A stretch of DNA of 64,000 nt from an uncultured Bacilli bacterium (GTDB taxonomy: Bacteria > Bacillota_I > Bacilli_A > RF39 > UBA660): contig CAKPHY010000004.1 in assembly GCA_934162285.1 (NCBI GenBank), positions 542 through 64,541 of the forward strand, written 5' to 3'. The notes under the pieces are model-generated. The model did no database searches. It was given only the letters and a program-made list of their open reading frames with translations, and was not told the DNA's origin. Position numbers and translations under genes: made by a program. Shown one piece after another: positions 7,889 to 16,912 of this stretch (the first letter of the stretch is position 1; each line of letters starts with the position of its first letter).

Positions 7889-10300
7889 CTAATTAATTGT
7901 TATGTTTATAGTTTTATATACACCATCACGATAATATTTCATTGTTGAACTACCTTTTTTAGCAGCAATAATTTTACCATCACTATCTACATTAAAAATA
8001 TCTTTATTTGAGAAAATTGTATTTTCACCATATTTTTTAATTGTAATAGTTTCTTGACTTAAACTATTATATTTCAAAACAAATTTAATATTATCTACAT
8101 TGTCACCTACATTGTAAGTATAGTTTCCTTGACTAGAAGTTATAGAAGTTACAAAGTCACCTAAATATAAATAATCCCACCAATTATTAGAATAACCATC
8201 ACTTGTATATCCAGTAACATGTGGCATTAATCCAAACCACCAGCGATGATGAAGTCTTGCCTCAGAATTTGTTCCTGAAATATTTGCATTCATATAAACA
8301 CTAGGGGAGAAAATATCATTGCTTGGATTACTAGTTAAATAAGGATAATTTAGCCATTCTTTCCATTTACTTTTAGCAGTAGTTGTATAGTTTGCCCAAT
8401 CATAATCTTTAGTACTATTTGGTGAGAAGTGAACATTTCCAGCTCCAGCCAATCCGGTATTTTTACTAATATTAGTATGATCAGTTAATGTGAATTTTTC
8501 CCATAAACTTAAATTACTGTAATTTGTGCTATTAATATTAACATAGTTGGCATTATAGTAATCATAAACACTGTTTTTAAATACATTATTCATTATAAAT
8601 TCACTTGCATGTCCATAACATTCAAAATTAGTATCTGGTCGTGAAGTAGAAACATTAATCATTTTAAAGTTATCGCATGGTTTCTTTGTTGCATCTCCAT
8701 TCATCCAATATGGATTTTTTCCTACTAAAAGAGATTCAAATGATCTAGTTGGGTCGACATTTACTAGCCAAACTTCATTAAATTCATTATTATTTCTTCT
8801 TTGAACAAGATTAAATTTATTTAATAAATATTCATAATTAAGAGAATAATCACCAAATTCTTTTACTCTTTCATCATCCCAAAAGCCATACCAACCATTT
8901 TTCATTATATCTAACCATGTATCTTCATCAAGTTTATAATCTTTAGTTCCGTTTAATAGAGTAGCTTTATTTTTGTGAGTACTAAATTCATTTAATTTTT
9001 CTGTTTTTACAATTTGAACATCAATTATTCCATGAGAACTACTTTCTATATCATTAACTAATTCATTTATTACTTGAGACTTATTTTGACCCAAACATAC
9101 ACTGGCTGTAATACCTGCACATGATCTACCTTCAATTGTGCCTTTAGATAATACTGGATCCATTTCAATAACTAAGACTTTCAATACCTTTTTAGTAGTA
9201 ACATTAGAAACTTTTGGAAATTCATAGTTAGACATACTAACAACACTAGGTGTTGGTATTGGATCATTAATATATTCAATATTACAACTTACATTAGAAG
9301 TATTTCCAACTTTATCACTAAAAGAAAGAGTTACACTTTGATGTTTTCCATCTAATGTAATATTTTTTCCACTCCATTTATACCAATTACCATTAAAGCT
9401 ATATTTATCAATATCACTATCATTTGTTGTTATATTTAAAGTAGTTTTATTTCCTTCAGCTTTGCCACTACAACTAGTTATTACTGGTGCTTCTTTATCA
9501 ATATTAGAAATAGAAATCTGAGCTGTAGTCATATTTCCATCATTATCATACATTTTAAAAATATAGACACCATTACTTTTAGCAACATAAGTAGAAGTTT
9601 TTTGATTTGATCTTATACCATCAGGTAATATCACATGAGAAAAATTATCAATATAACTTTTAAATGTAATAGTAACATCTGAAGAAGTTAAAGATGTCTT
9701 ATTTGCTGTTAATGTATAATTATTACCAGTTACACTGATAGTTCTCGTCAATATAACTTTTTTACCATTATAATTTAAGGTATAAGTAATTTTATAAGTT
9801 CCAACCTTAGAAGTATTTATATTGCCATTAACAATAACTTTACTTTTTAAATTTTCACCAGTTTTATTATTTTTACAAACAAACCCCGGATCATTAAAAT
9901 TTCCGTTCAATTTAATTTGGTAATTTTCATTACCCAATAAATAAAATCTAATATCATTTGAATTTTTATTAACTATTTTAATTGTACGTACTCGAACAAC
10001 ATCTCCAAATTTATAAGTTATTGTATAAGTACCTTCTTTAGAAGGATCTAAATTAGAATCAATAATTACCTTACTAGTCAAATCATTATTTTTATCATCA
10101 TAAGCTTTATAACCAGGTTCAATAAAACTCGAATTTACATCTAATTCTATTGTTTCATCTCCTAATAAAGTAATTGTAATTTCTTTTTTATCATTCTTCA
10201 TAAAATTATTTCCAGTAAATATCAATAAAGAAACAATTATAATGAGAAGACCTCCTATTATATAATATATAAAATAATTATTTTCCTTTTTCTCTCCCAT
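7889..10300 (-). CDS. large membrane-anchored surface protein: two DUF5011-type Ig-like repeats, a shared Ig-like module, and an unassigned C-terminal domain of about 450 aa
   Basis: N-terminal TM helix. Repeats of the form ITLLGDETIELDVNSSFIEPGYKAYDDKNNDLTSKV...GTYTITY. Module ILPDG...NGVYIFKMYDNDGN...NIDKEAPVITSC is shared with 42951..48701. The C-terminal domain has conserved-looking GNVHFSPN and HHRWWFG motifs that I cannot name. Confidence 0.6.
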   Translation of the reverse strand: MGEKKENNYFIYYIIGGLLIIIVSLLIFTGNNFMKNDKKEITITLLGDETIELDVNSSFIEPGYKAYDDKNNDLTSKVIIDSNLDPSKEGTYTITYKFGDVVRVRTIKIVNKNSNDIRFYLLGNENYQIKLNGNFNDPGFVCKNNKTGENLKSKVIVNGNINTSKVGTYKITYTLNYNGKKVILTRTISVTGNNYTLTANKTSLTSSDVTITFKSYIDNFSHVILPDGIRSNQKTSTYVAKSNGVYIFKMYDNDGNMTTAQISISNIDKEAPVITSCSGKAEGNKTTLNITTNDSDIDKYSFNGNWYKWSGKNITLDGKHQSVTLSFSDKVGNTSNVSCNIEYINDPIPTPSVVSMSNYEFPKVSNVTTKKVLKVLVIEMDPVLSKGTIEGRSCAGITASVCLGQNKSQVINELVNDIESSSHGIIDVQIVKTEKLNEFSTHKNKATLLNGTKDYKLDEDTWLDIMKNGWYGFWDDERVKEFGDYSLNYEYLLNKFNLVQRRNNNEFNEVWLVNVDPTRSFESLLVGKNPYWMNGDATKKPCDNFKMINVSTSRPDTNFECYGHASEFIMNNVFKNSVYDYYNANYVNINSTNYSNLSLWEKFTLTDHTNISKNTGLAGAGNVHFSPNSTKDYDWANYTTTAKSKWKEWLNYPYLTSNPSNDIFSPSVYMNANISGTNSEARLHHRWWFGLMPHVTGYTSDGYSNNWWDYLYLGDFVTSITSSQGNYTYNVGDNVDNIKFVLKYNSLSQETITIKKYGENTIFSNKDIFNVDSDGKIIAAKKGSSTMKYYRDGVYKTINITIN

Positions 10301-10417
10301 TTTTTCCCTCTCTATACTATCATCTTCCTTATTATAGCATTTTTAAAATCTAGTAATAGAACAATTTAGCTTTTCGTTAATTCAAGTATACACAAAAAAA
10401 GTGCTTTTTTAAATGCA

Positions 10418-11116
10418 CTAATATTTAAAATATCCATGAGTAGAATCAATTGTTTCAGTTCTATAACCACAACCAGTACCAATAGTACGATATTTATAAG
10501 CATCAGCAGTACATGTAGTTGCGTAAGTACCAAAAGTTAATCCTAACATATTAATAGGTAAACTCCCTGAATAACCAGTATATTGTTTACCAATAATTTT
10601 AATTGAAGATGAAGGAGTACCTGCAGAATAATTTTCTGAAGAAGTTCCATACGGCCAATTATAGTAAAGTGTAACTGTTTCTTTAGAACCAGCTTTAATA
10701 ACACCATATTTACCAACACGCCATTCATTTGGACTCATATTTCCCCTTGATCCTACTCCTCTATCATAATTAGAATCCCAATAAAGTTTAGAATTAATAG
10801 TACCACTTGGAAATATTAACTCATAATAAACATCTAAATCAGAATTTTCAGCAGACAAAACTAGATCCACACTTCCAGTTTTTCCAGGATATAATTCACC
10901 GAAGTCAAGCTTAATATTATCAGTTAAATTATTAGCTTTAAAATCCCATCTAGCAATCGTACCATTGATAATTCCATTAATACTAGATTGATAAAAAGCA
11001 TAGGTGACAGTACCAGCTATAATTAAAACTGAAAACGAAATAGTCAAAATTAAAAATAAATTAGAATTCAAAAAATTTTTCTTTTCACAGTTATTATTTT
11101 TCACATGATTCATCAA
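10418..11116 (-). CDS. secreted TasA/camelysin-like protein, paralogue 3
   Basis: 232 aa with only scattered substitutions relative to 7057..7752. Its upstream tract is interrupted (TTGACATATGTATAATATATAATC), not a perfect repeat. Confidence 0.55.
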   Translation of the reverse strand: MMNHVKNNNCEKKNFLNSNLFLILTISFSVLIIAGTVTYAFYQSSINGIINGTIARWDFKANNLTDNIKLDFGELYPGKTGSVDLVLSAENSDLDVYYELIFPSGTINSKLYWDSNYDRGVGSRGNMSPNEWRVGKYGVIKAGSKETVTLYYNWPYGTSSENYSAGTPSSSIKIIGKQYTGYSGSLPINMLGLTFGTYATTCTADAYKYRTIGTGCGYRTETIDSTHGYFKY

Positions 11117-11204
11117 TCATCACATCTCCTATAATAATGATTATATATTATACATATGTCAAAAAGACATTTTTTAACATTCGGTAAGTGAAATTAAATA
11201 TGTT

Positions 11205-11700
11205 AATTTATGTTTATAATTTCTTATATATGATTGCGATAATATTTCATTGTTGAACTACCTTGTTTAGCAGCAATAATTTTGTCATCAATACATACAT
11301 TAAAAATACCTTTGTTTGAAAAAATTGTATTTTAATCATATTTTTTAAATCATTTTTTGTAAAATTATTTCCTGTAAATATCAATATTGAAACAATTATA
11401 GTTGAATACTAACTATTGTATAATATACAAAATAATTTTATCTCTCTATTTTATTTTTAACTTTTTCTCCTATTCTATACTATCAACCATTTCTTATAAA
11501 TCTAACAACAGATCAATTTACCGTTTTGTTAATTTGACATACAAAAAGTGTTTTTTAAAAAATAATAAAAAAGACATAATGTCTTCTAAAATCAAGTTGA
11601 ATTGCCGTAAAGTATATTATCTTTTATATTAATACTACATTTCTATAATAATCAAAAGTCAAATAAAATTAGAGTTTTTCACATCGAAGTTAAAATATTA
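11205..11700 (-). pseudogene. collapsed ghost of a second array copy (3' and 5' ends of an 803-aa-type gene, last codons of a paralogue-1-type gene, promoter remnant)
   Basis: 11221-11340 matches 7905-8040 (3' end of the 803-aa gene). 11345-11560 matches 10195-10400 (its 5' end and upstream region). 11575-11625 matches 6205-6260. 11643-11690 matches the promoter flank but has no AT tract. Track ORF 11402..11632 (+) lies inside this debris. Confidence 0.7.
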
Positions 11701-11732
11701 TGGTATAATAAAAATGTTTGGAGGGCTTTAGT

Positions 11733-12563
11733 ATGATAAAAGGGAAACCATTCGTGAAATGGGCTGGTGGCAAAAGACAAATAATAAAGGAATTAACTAA
11801 ATTAGCTCCTTTAGAATATTCAACATATTATGAACCATTTGTAGGTGGTGGGGCACTTTTATTTGAACTTTCACCTAAAAAAGCTGTAATAAATGATTAT
11901 AATGAAGAATTGATGAATGTTTATAATTGTATTAAAGATGAAAACAAATTTGAAAAAATGGTTCATGAATTAAATCATTATGAAGCAAGTCATAATAAAG
12001 AATTTTATTTAGAATTAAGAAATAAAGATCGTGATCAAAAGAAATTCATGAAAATTCCTGATTATAAGAGAGCAGCAAGAACGATATATTTAAACAAAGC
12101 TTGTTTTAATGGCTTATATCGTGTTAACAGTAAAAATGAATTTAATGTACCTTTTGGTAAAAAAGAAAAAGTTAATACATATGATGGTCAAAATTTAGGA
12201 ATAATTCATTCTTTCTTGAACTTTAATGATATTAAAATAATGAATGTTGATTTTGAAGAAGCCGTAAAAGATGCCAAAAAAGGCGATTTCATTTACTTTG
12301 ATCCCCCATATGATTCAGACACTCATACCTTCAATAGTTATACGGAAGAAGGCTTTGGTAAAAAAGATCACATTCGTTTAGCTAATACCTTTAAAGAATT
12401 AGATAAAAAAGGTTGTTATGTAATGCTTTCAAATCATAACACTGAATTAGTAAATGAATTATATAAAGATTTTAATATTCATATAATTGAAGCTAAAAGA
12501 AATATTAATGCAAATGGTAAAAAACGAGGAAAAGTAGAAGAAGTAATTATCACTAATTACTAG
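11733..12563 (+). CDS. dam: Dam-family DNA adenine methyltransferase (MethyltransfD12), no adjacent endonuclease
   Basis: N-terminal FVKWAGGKRQI, FGGGA-like EPFVGGGAL, catalytic DPPY (FIYFDPPYDS). TGgTATAAT promoter and GGAGGG RBS precede the ATG at 11733; the track start at 11718 is a TTG. Confidence 0.85.
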   Translation: MIKGKPFVKWAGGKRQIIKELTKLAPLEYSTYYEPFVGGGALLFELSPKKAVINDYNEELMNVYNCIKDENKFEKMVHELNHYEASHNKEFYLELRNKDRDQKKFMKIPDYKRAARTIYLNKACFNGLYRVNSKNEFNVPFGKKEKVNTYDGQNLGIIHSFLNFNDIKIMNVDFEEAVKDAKKGDFIYFDPPYDSDTHTFNSYTEEGFGKKDHIRLANTFKELDKKGCYVMLSNHNTELVNELYKDFNIHIIEAKRNINANGKKRGKVEEVIITNY

Positions 12564-12574
12564 GGAGAAAATAC

Positions 12575-12898
12575 ATGGATAAAGATAAATATATAATAGT
12601 AGTAACAATGTGTAATAAAAAAGAAATAGCAAATACTATTTGTCGTACTTTATTAAATAAAAAATTAGTTGTTGGTTGTCAAATATATAATGCTGACTCA
12701 ATATATCGTTGGAAAGACAACATCGATATTGAAAAAGAATATCGTATAGAATTTAGAACTAAATTATCTAAATACGAAGAAGTTGAAAAAGAAATAAGAG
12801 CTTTACATGATTATGAAGTATGTGAAATATCAGCTTATGAAATAGTATGTGGTAGTAAAGAATTTTTAAACTGGATTGACAATAATTTGTGTGAATAA
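12575..12898 (+). CDS. cutA: divalent-cation tolerance protein CutA family
   Basis: About 107 aa; the pattern VVT..NKKEIA..I.R.LL.KKL..C.QI....SIY.W...I...E..I.F.T is typical of CutA1. Confidence 0.65.
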   Translation: MDKDKYIIVVTMCNKKEIANTICRTLLNKKLVVGCQIYNADSIYRWKDNIDIEKEYRIEFRTKLSKYEEVEKEIRALHDYEVCEISAYEIVCGSKEFLNWIDNNLCE

Positions 12899-13028
12899 TT
12901 AAAAGATAAAATTAGATTAATTTCTAATTTTTTTGTTTAATGTTAAAAATGGTGTAAAGAATAATAATAAAACATAAAATAAAAAATGCTTTATGTTATA
13001 ATTATAAATATAGTAGCGGAGGTATTTT

Positions 13029-13955
13029 ATGGAAGTAATATTACAATTATTTATTTTAATATTTGGCTTTTTATTATTAGTTAAAGGTGCTGACTTTTTT
13101 GTTGATGGATCATCCAAAATTGCTAAAAAATTCGGTATTTCTGAATTAATAATAGGCTTAACAATTGTAGCTATGGGTACAAGTGCCCCCGAAACCGCAG
13201 TAAGTATTGCTGCAGCTTTAAAAGGAACAGCTGATATCTCAATCGGAAATGTTGTTGGAAGTAATATTTTAAATATCTTAATAATTTTAGGTATTTCCGC
13301 AACAATTAGAACAATAAAAGTAGGAAAGACCACAATAAAATATGAAATTCCCTTTATGATTGCCATCAGTGCTTTATTACTATTATTAGGTTTAGATGGA
13401 ACCATTGATTTTAAAGATGGAATTATCCTTTGGCTTTTATTTATTGCTTATTTAACATATCTAATAATCATGGCTAAAAAAGATAAACAAAAAGAAGAAA
13501 AGAAATCTAAAGTTATCCTTTGGCAAGTCATATTAGCAACTCTAGGCGGTTTAGCTTTAATTATAGTTGGATCAGATATTTCTGTAGATGCTGCATCAAA
13601 AATTGCTAGATATGCTGGATTAAGTGAAAGATTTATTGGTCTTACAATTGTAGCTTTAGGAACATCACTTCCCGAATTAATAACATCAGTTACCGCAGCA
13701 TTTAAAGGTAATAATGATATCGCGATTGGTAATATCGTTGGAAGTAATATATTTAATATTTTATTTGTAATTGGAACATCATCTTTAATATTACCAATTA
13801 CCTTTGCAAGTACTTTTAAAATCGATTCTTTAGTAATGATAGGAGCCGCTTTATTACTATTTATTTGTTCTTTAAGAAAACAAAAATTAGATCGATTCTC
13901 TGGTATTTTAATGCTTTTATCATATGCTTTATATTTTATACTAGTATTAATTTAA
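13029..13955 (+). CDS. Ca2+/Na+ antiporter (CaCA/YrbG family)
   Basis: Two internal alpha-repeats: GLTIVAMGTSAPE...GNVVGSNILNIL and GLTIVALGTSLPE...GNIVGSNIFNIL. About 10 hydrophobic segments. Confidence 0.85.
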   Translation: MEVILQLFILIFGFLLLVKGADFFVDGSSKIAKKFGISELIIGLTIVAMGTSAPETAVSIAAALKGTADISIGNVVGSNILNILIILGISATIRTIKVGKTTIKYEIPFMIAISALLLLLGLDGTIDFKDGIILWLLFIAYLTYLIIMAKKDKQKEEKKSKVILWQVILATLGGLALIIVGSDISVDAASKIARYAGLSERFIGLTIVALGTSLPELITSVTAAFKGNNDIAIGNIVGSNIFNILFVIGTSSLILPITFASTFKIDSLVMIGAALLLFICSLRKQKLDRFSGILMLLSYALYFILVLI

Positions 13956-13981
13956 ACTTGTGCGTAACAAGTTTTTTTTTA
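13955..13981 (+). terminator. intrinsic terminator
   Basis: AACTTGT-gcgta-ACAAGTT followed by a T9-10 run. Confidence 0.75.
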
Positions 13982-14049
13982 AAACTTAAATCAATCTAAA
14001 ATTTCAAATTTTTTTGAATTTATAGTATAATAATAATAATGGTGATAAC

Positions 14050-15120
14050 ATGGAAAGACAAACATATTTAGAAATCGATTCTAAAGCATTCATACATAAT
14101 ATAAATATAATAAAAGAACTAGTAAAACCCAAAGAAATAATGCCCGTTATTAAAGCTAATGCCTATGGTACTCATATCAATAAAAATTTAAATTTAATTA
14201 AAAATTTTAACATCGTTGCTGTTGCTATCGTTAAAGAAGCAGTAGAATTAAGAAATCTAGGCTTTAAAAATGAAATATTTGTTTTAAATCAACCATTCAA
14301 AGAAGAAATCGCAGATATCATAAAATATAATATAACAGTAGGAGTAGCATCTTATAATTTTTTAGAAGAACTAATTAAAACTAAAAAAGATTTAAAAATT
14401 CATTTAGAATTAGAAACAGGAATGGGTAGAACCGGTATAAATTATGAAGATTTAAACAAATTCATAGAAAAAGTAAAAAATTCTAACATCGAAGTAGAAG
14501 GCGTTTACACTCACTTTGCAGTAGCTGATACCGATCAAGAATTTACCAAAGAACAAATAAATAAATTTACTAAAGGTTTAAATCTTATAAAACAAAACTT
14601 TAATTTAAAATACATTCATACTGATGCATCTAATGGAATAGTAAACTTTAACACCGATATTTGCAATTTAACTAGACCAGGAATAATCATGTATGGTTAT
14701 AATTCATGTGAAAACTCTTGTAAATTACCATTAAAACCCGTAGCTAAATTAATATCTAAAATATCTTTTATTAAAGAAATAGATAAAAATATCAGTATAA
14801 GTTATGGTAGAAAATTTATTTCTCAAGCAAAGATGAAAGTAGCAACAGTATCAATCGGTTATGCTGACGGGATTAGAAGAGCTTTATCTAATGTAGGTAA
14901 TGTAGTAATAAAAGGTCAAAAAGTTCCTATAATCGGGACCATTTGTATGGATTCATTCATGGTTGATGTAACAAATATTGATTGTCAAGAAGGCGATCAA
15001 GTTTACATTTTTGATAATGAAATAATCACATTAGACGAAATCGCGAAACAATGTAATACCATTAATTATGAAATATTATCAACAATATCGGAACGTGTTC
15101 CTCGCGTATTTAAAAATTAA
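14050..15120 (+). CDS. alr: alanine racemase
   Basis: PLP-lysine motif VIKANAYGTH; C-terminal ..SMD...VD.. pattern (ICMDSFMVDVT); 356 aa. Confidence 0.88.
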   Translation: MERQTYLEIDSKAFIHNINIIKELVKPKEIMPVIKANAYGTHINKNLNLIKNFNIVAVAIVKEAVELRNLGFKNEIFVLNQPFKEEIADIIKYNITVGVASYNFLEELIKTKKDLKIHLELETGMGRTGINYEDLNKFIEKVKNSNIEVEGVYTHFAVADTDQEFTKEQINKFTKGLNLIKQNFNLKYIHTDASNGIVNFNTDICNLTRPGIIMYGYNSCENSCKLPLKPVAKLISKISFIKEIDKNISISYGRKFISQAKMKVATVSIGYADGIRRALSNVGNVVIKGQKVPIIGTICMDSFMVDVTNIDCQEGDQVYIFDNEIITLDEIAKQCNTINYEILSTISERVPRVFKN

Positions 15121-15130
15121 GGAGTAAAAA

Positions 15131-15529
15131 ATGAAGTGTAAAGTATTATTAATATTACTAATTTTAATATACCTAACTGGATGTGGCAAAGTTAAGGAAA
15201 TTCCCCAAGAAAAATTAGATAAACCCGAATACGTTTTAAAATCATCAGAAGATCGTTTAGTTTTTTCTCATGATTCTAACAAATATGAAGTAGTTTACTA
15301 TGAAAACGACAAAATAGTAAAAGTTGAAAGTGCTATTAAATTTAAAACCAAAGAAGAAGCTAAACAAAAATATTTAGAAGAAAAAATAAACACTTTTAAT
15401 CAAACCGATTATATCAATAATATCTATGTTGCGATTGAAAGTGAAGATTACTACGAAGACTATAAAAATTTAAGCAAAGAAGAATTAAAAAAATATTTTG
15501 AAAAAGCTGGTTTAGAAATAGAAGAATAA
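15131..15529 (+). CDS. lipoprotein, function unknown
   Basis: Signal peptide ending in lipobox LTGC (ILIYLTGCGK). Confidence 0.6.
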   Translation: MKCKVLLILLILIYLTGCGKVKEIPQEKLDKPEYVLKSSEDRLVFSHDSNKYEVVYYENDKIVKVESAIKFKTKEEAKQKYLEEKINTFNQTDYINNIYVAIESEDYYEDYKNLSKEELKKYFEKAGLEIEE

Positions 15530-15586
15530 TTTGCAAAATTACCAAAATAAGCTATAATATAAATGCCTAAAAAGGAGAAGCAATTT

Positions 15587-15937
15587 ATGGGAGAAGAATT
15601 TACTTACCGTTATGATGAAAATTTAGAAGTATATTTTGCAAGAAGAAAAGATGGAACTCCGATTTGTCGTTTACCACAAGGATTAATAAAGCAAATGTTT
15701 ATAGAATTTAATTATGAAACTGGTTATCCAATAAAAATGAATACCCTTGAAAAAGCTGTGCATTTTTCTAAAGATCGCCTTTATGCTTTTGTTGATCCTA
15801 AAGAAAGAGAGTATTCAGAACCTTTAGAAAGATTCATGTTTTTAGGTCAAGAAAATTATATTGAACAAGAAAATAGAATCAAAGAAGAACCAAAAGGAAT
15901 AAGTAAAATATTATTAAAAATTAAAAGAAGAAAATAA
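15587..15937 (+). CDS. hypothetical protein
   Basis: ORF with RBS AAGGAGAAG 7 nt upstream of the ATG at 15587 (the track start at 15563 is less likely). No motif recognised. Confidence 0.45.
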   Translation: MGEEFTYRYDENLEVYFARRKDGTPICRLPQGLIKQMFIEFNYETGYPIKMNTLEKAVHFSKDRLYAFVDPKEREYSEPLERFMFLGQENYIEQENRIKEEPKGISKILLKIKRRK

Positions 15938-15968
15938 AATTTTCTTTTTTTTAGAAAAAGAGGTAAAA

Positions 15969-16730
15969 ATGTTTAAAAATGATACAGATCACTTTGATCA
16001 ACACTTTTTAGTTGATCAAAAAGTAATTGATAAATTTATAAAAGAAGCCAATTTAACTAAAGAAGACATTGTTGTAGAAATTGGACCAGGAAATGGTGTT
16101 TTAACTAAAATAATTGCGCCTCAAGTAAAAAAATTATATGTTATAGAACTAGATCAACGCTTAAAAGATAATTTGGAAGCACTTCAAAGAAAAAATAAAA
16201 ACATAGAATTAATATTTGATAACTGTTTAAATACTTATATTCCACCATGTGATAAAATTATAACATCTCTACCTTATAGTATAATTGAACCCTTTATCAA
16301 TAAATTAGTTAAATGTGAATTTAAAGAAATAATTATGATTACAGGAAATAATTATGCTAATAATGTTTTAGAAAATAAAAATAAATTAGCATTATTAACT
16401 AATTCCCATTTTAAGTTTACTAAAATAATGGAAATATTACCTGAATCATTTAATCCTAAACCACGCGTTTTATCAGCTTTAATTAAGCTAGAAAAAAAAG
16501 AACCCGATGATTTACTTTTAAAAATATTTAAAAATCTCTTCTATTATCAAGATAAAAAATTAAAAAATGCTTTAATAGAAACCTTCATAAATGTTAATTT
16601 AGTTCAAACAAAAAGAGAAGCAAAAGAACTAATTTCTAAGTTAGAAATAACCAATTTAGAAAAAAATTTTGAAATTTTTTCTAATCAAGAAATTCAAGAA
16701 TTACATAAGCAATTAGAAAAAATTATTTAA
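15969..16730 (+). CDS. rRNA adenine N6-dimethyltransferase family protein (KsgA/Erm fold), short form
   Basis: FDQHFLVD (compare GQNFL), SAM motif VVEIGPGNGVLT, SLPYSI (compare N[LI]PYNI). 253 aa. Confidence 0.65.
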   Translation: MFKNDTDHFDQHFLVDQKVIDKFIKEANLTKEDIVVEIGPGNGVLTKIIAPQVKKLYVIELDQRLKDNLEALQRKNKNIELIFDNCLNTYIPPCDKIITSLPYSIIEPFINKLVKCEFKEIIMITGNNYANNVLENKNKLALLTNSHFKFTKIMEILPESFNPKPRVLSALIKLEKKEPDDLLLKIFKNLFYYQDKKLKNALIETFINVNLVQTKREAKELISKLEITNLEKNFEIFSNQEIQELHKQLEKII

Positions 16731-16771
16731 ACTATTGAAAAAAATTTAAAAAGTGCTATACTATTTTTAGT

Positions 16772-16848
16772 GCCTCAATAGCTCAGTCGGTTAGAGCACT
16801 TGACTGTTAATCAAGGGGTCGTAGGTTCGAGTCCTACTTGAGGCGCCA
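16772..16848 (+). tRNA. tRNA-Asn (anticodon GTT), CCA encoded
   Basis: Manual cloverleaf: acceptor GCCTCAA/TTGAGGC, D arm GCTC..GAGC, anticodon stem CTTGA/TCAAG with loop CTGTTAA, T arm GTAGG-TTCGAGT-CCTAC, discriminator G, then CCA. TGcTATACT promoter lies 9 nt upstream. Confidence 0.93.
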
Positions 16849-16912
16849 TTAATAGGTGAATAAACAATCATAAATGGTTGTTTTTTTAATAATTGTAAGT
16901 AGGAGTTTTTAA

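Noticed and set aside
11402-11632. 76-aa + strand ORF in the region upstream of dam.
   Set aside because: It sits within the collapsed ghost of the array (sequence homologous to non-coding flanks and gene ends on the other strand). There is no RBS, and the translation is Ile/Tyr/Asn-rich nonsense.
5940-11700. Regularly recurring blocks of about 60-80 bp (..TCAAAAGTCAAATAAAATTAGAGTTTTGCACAAG.., ..GTGCTTTTTTAAATGCACTAATATTTAAAATATCC..) that superficially resemble a repeat array or CRISPR.
   Set aside because: They are the duplicated 5' and 3' flanks of the paralogous genes. The spacing equals gene length (0.7-2.5 kb), not the 30-40 bp of CRISPR spacers. No CRISPR array or cas genes are present in the window.
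12917-13405. 162-aa minus-strand ORF overlapping the CaCA antiporter gene. Similar antisense or alternative-frame track ORFs: 1384..1572, 2862..3059, 6403..6594, 6411..6656, 17441..17969 (three ORFs), 18998..19189, 20067..20249, 24286..24651, 24903..25115, 26942..27166, 28045..28263, 28783..28995, 29949..30305, 34932..35153, 38119..38412, 40662..40892, 40986..41198, 42229..42564, 43873..44085, 47364..47579, 48317..48568, 50442..50705, 58280..58462, 61134..61418, 61637..61861.
   Set aside because: Each lies inside, or antisense to, a longer ORF with clear protein-family motifs. Their translations are low-complexity Ile/Leu/Phe/Asn strings typical of shadow ORFs in AT-rich DNA, and none has a convincing RBS.
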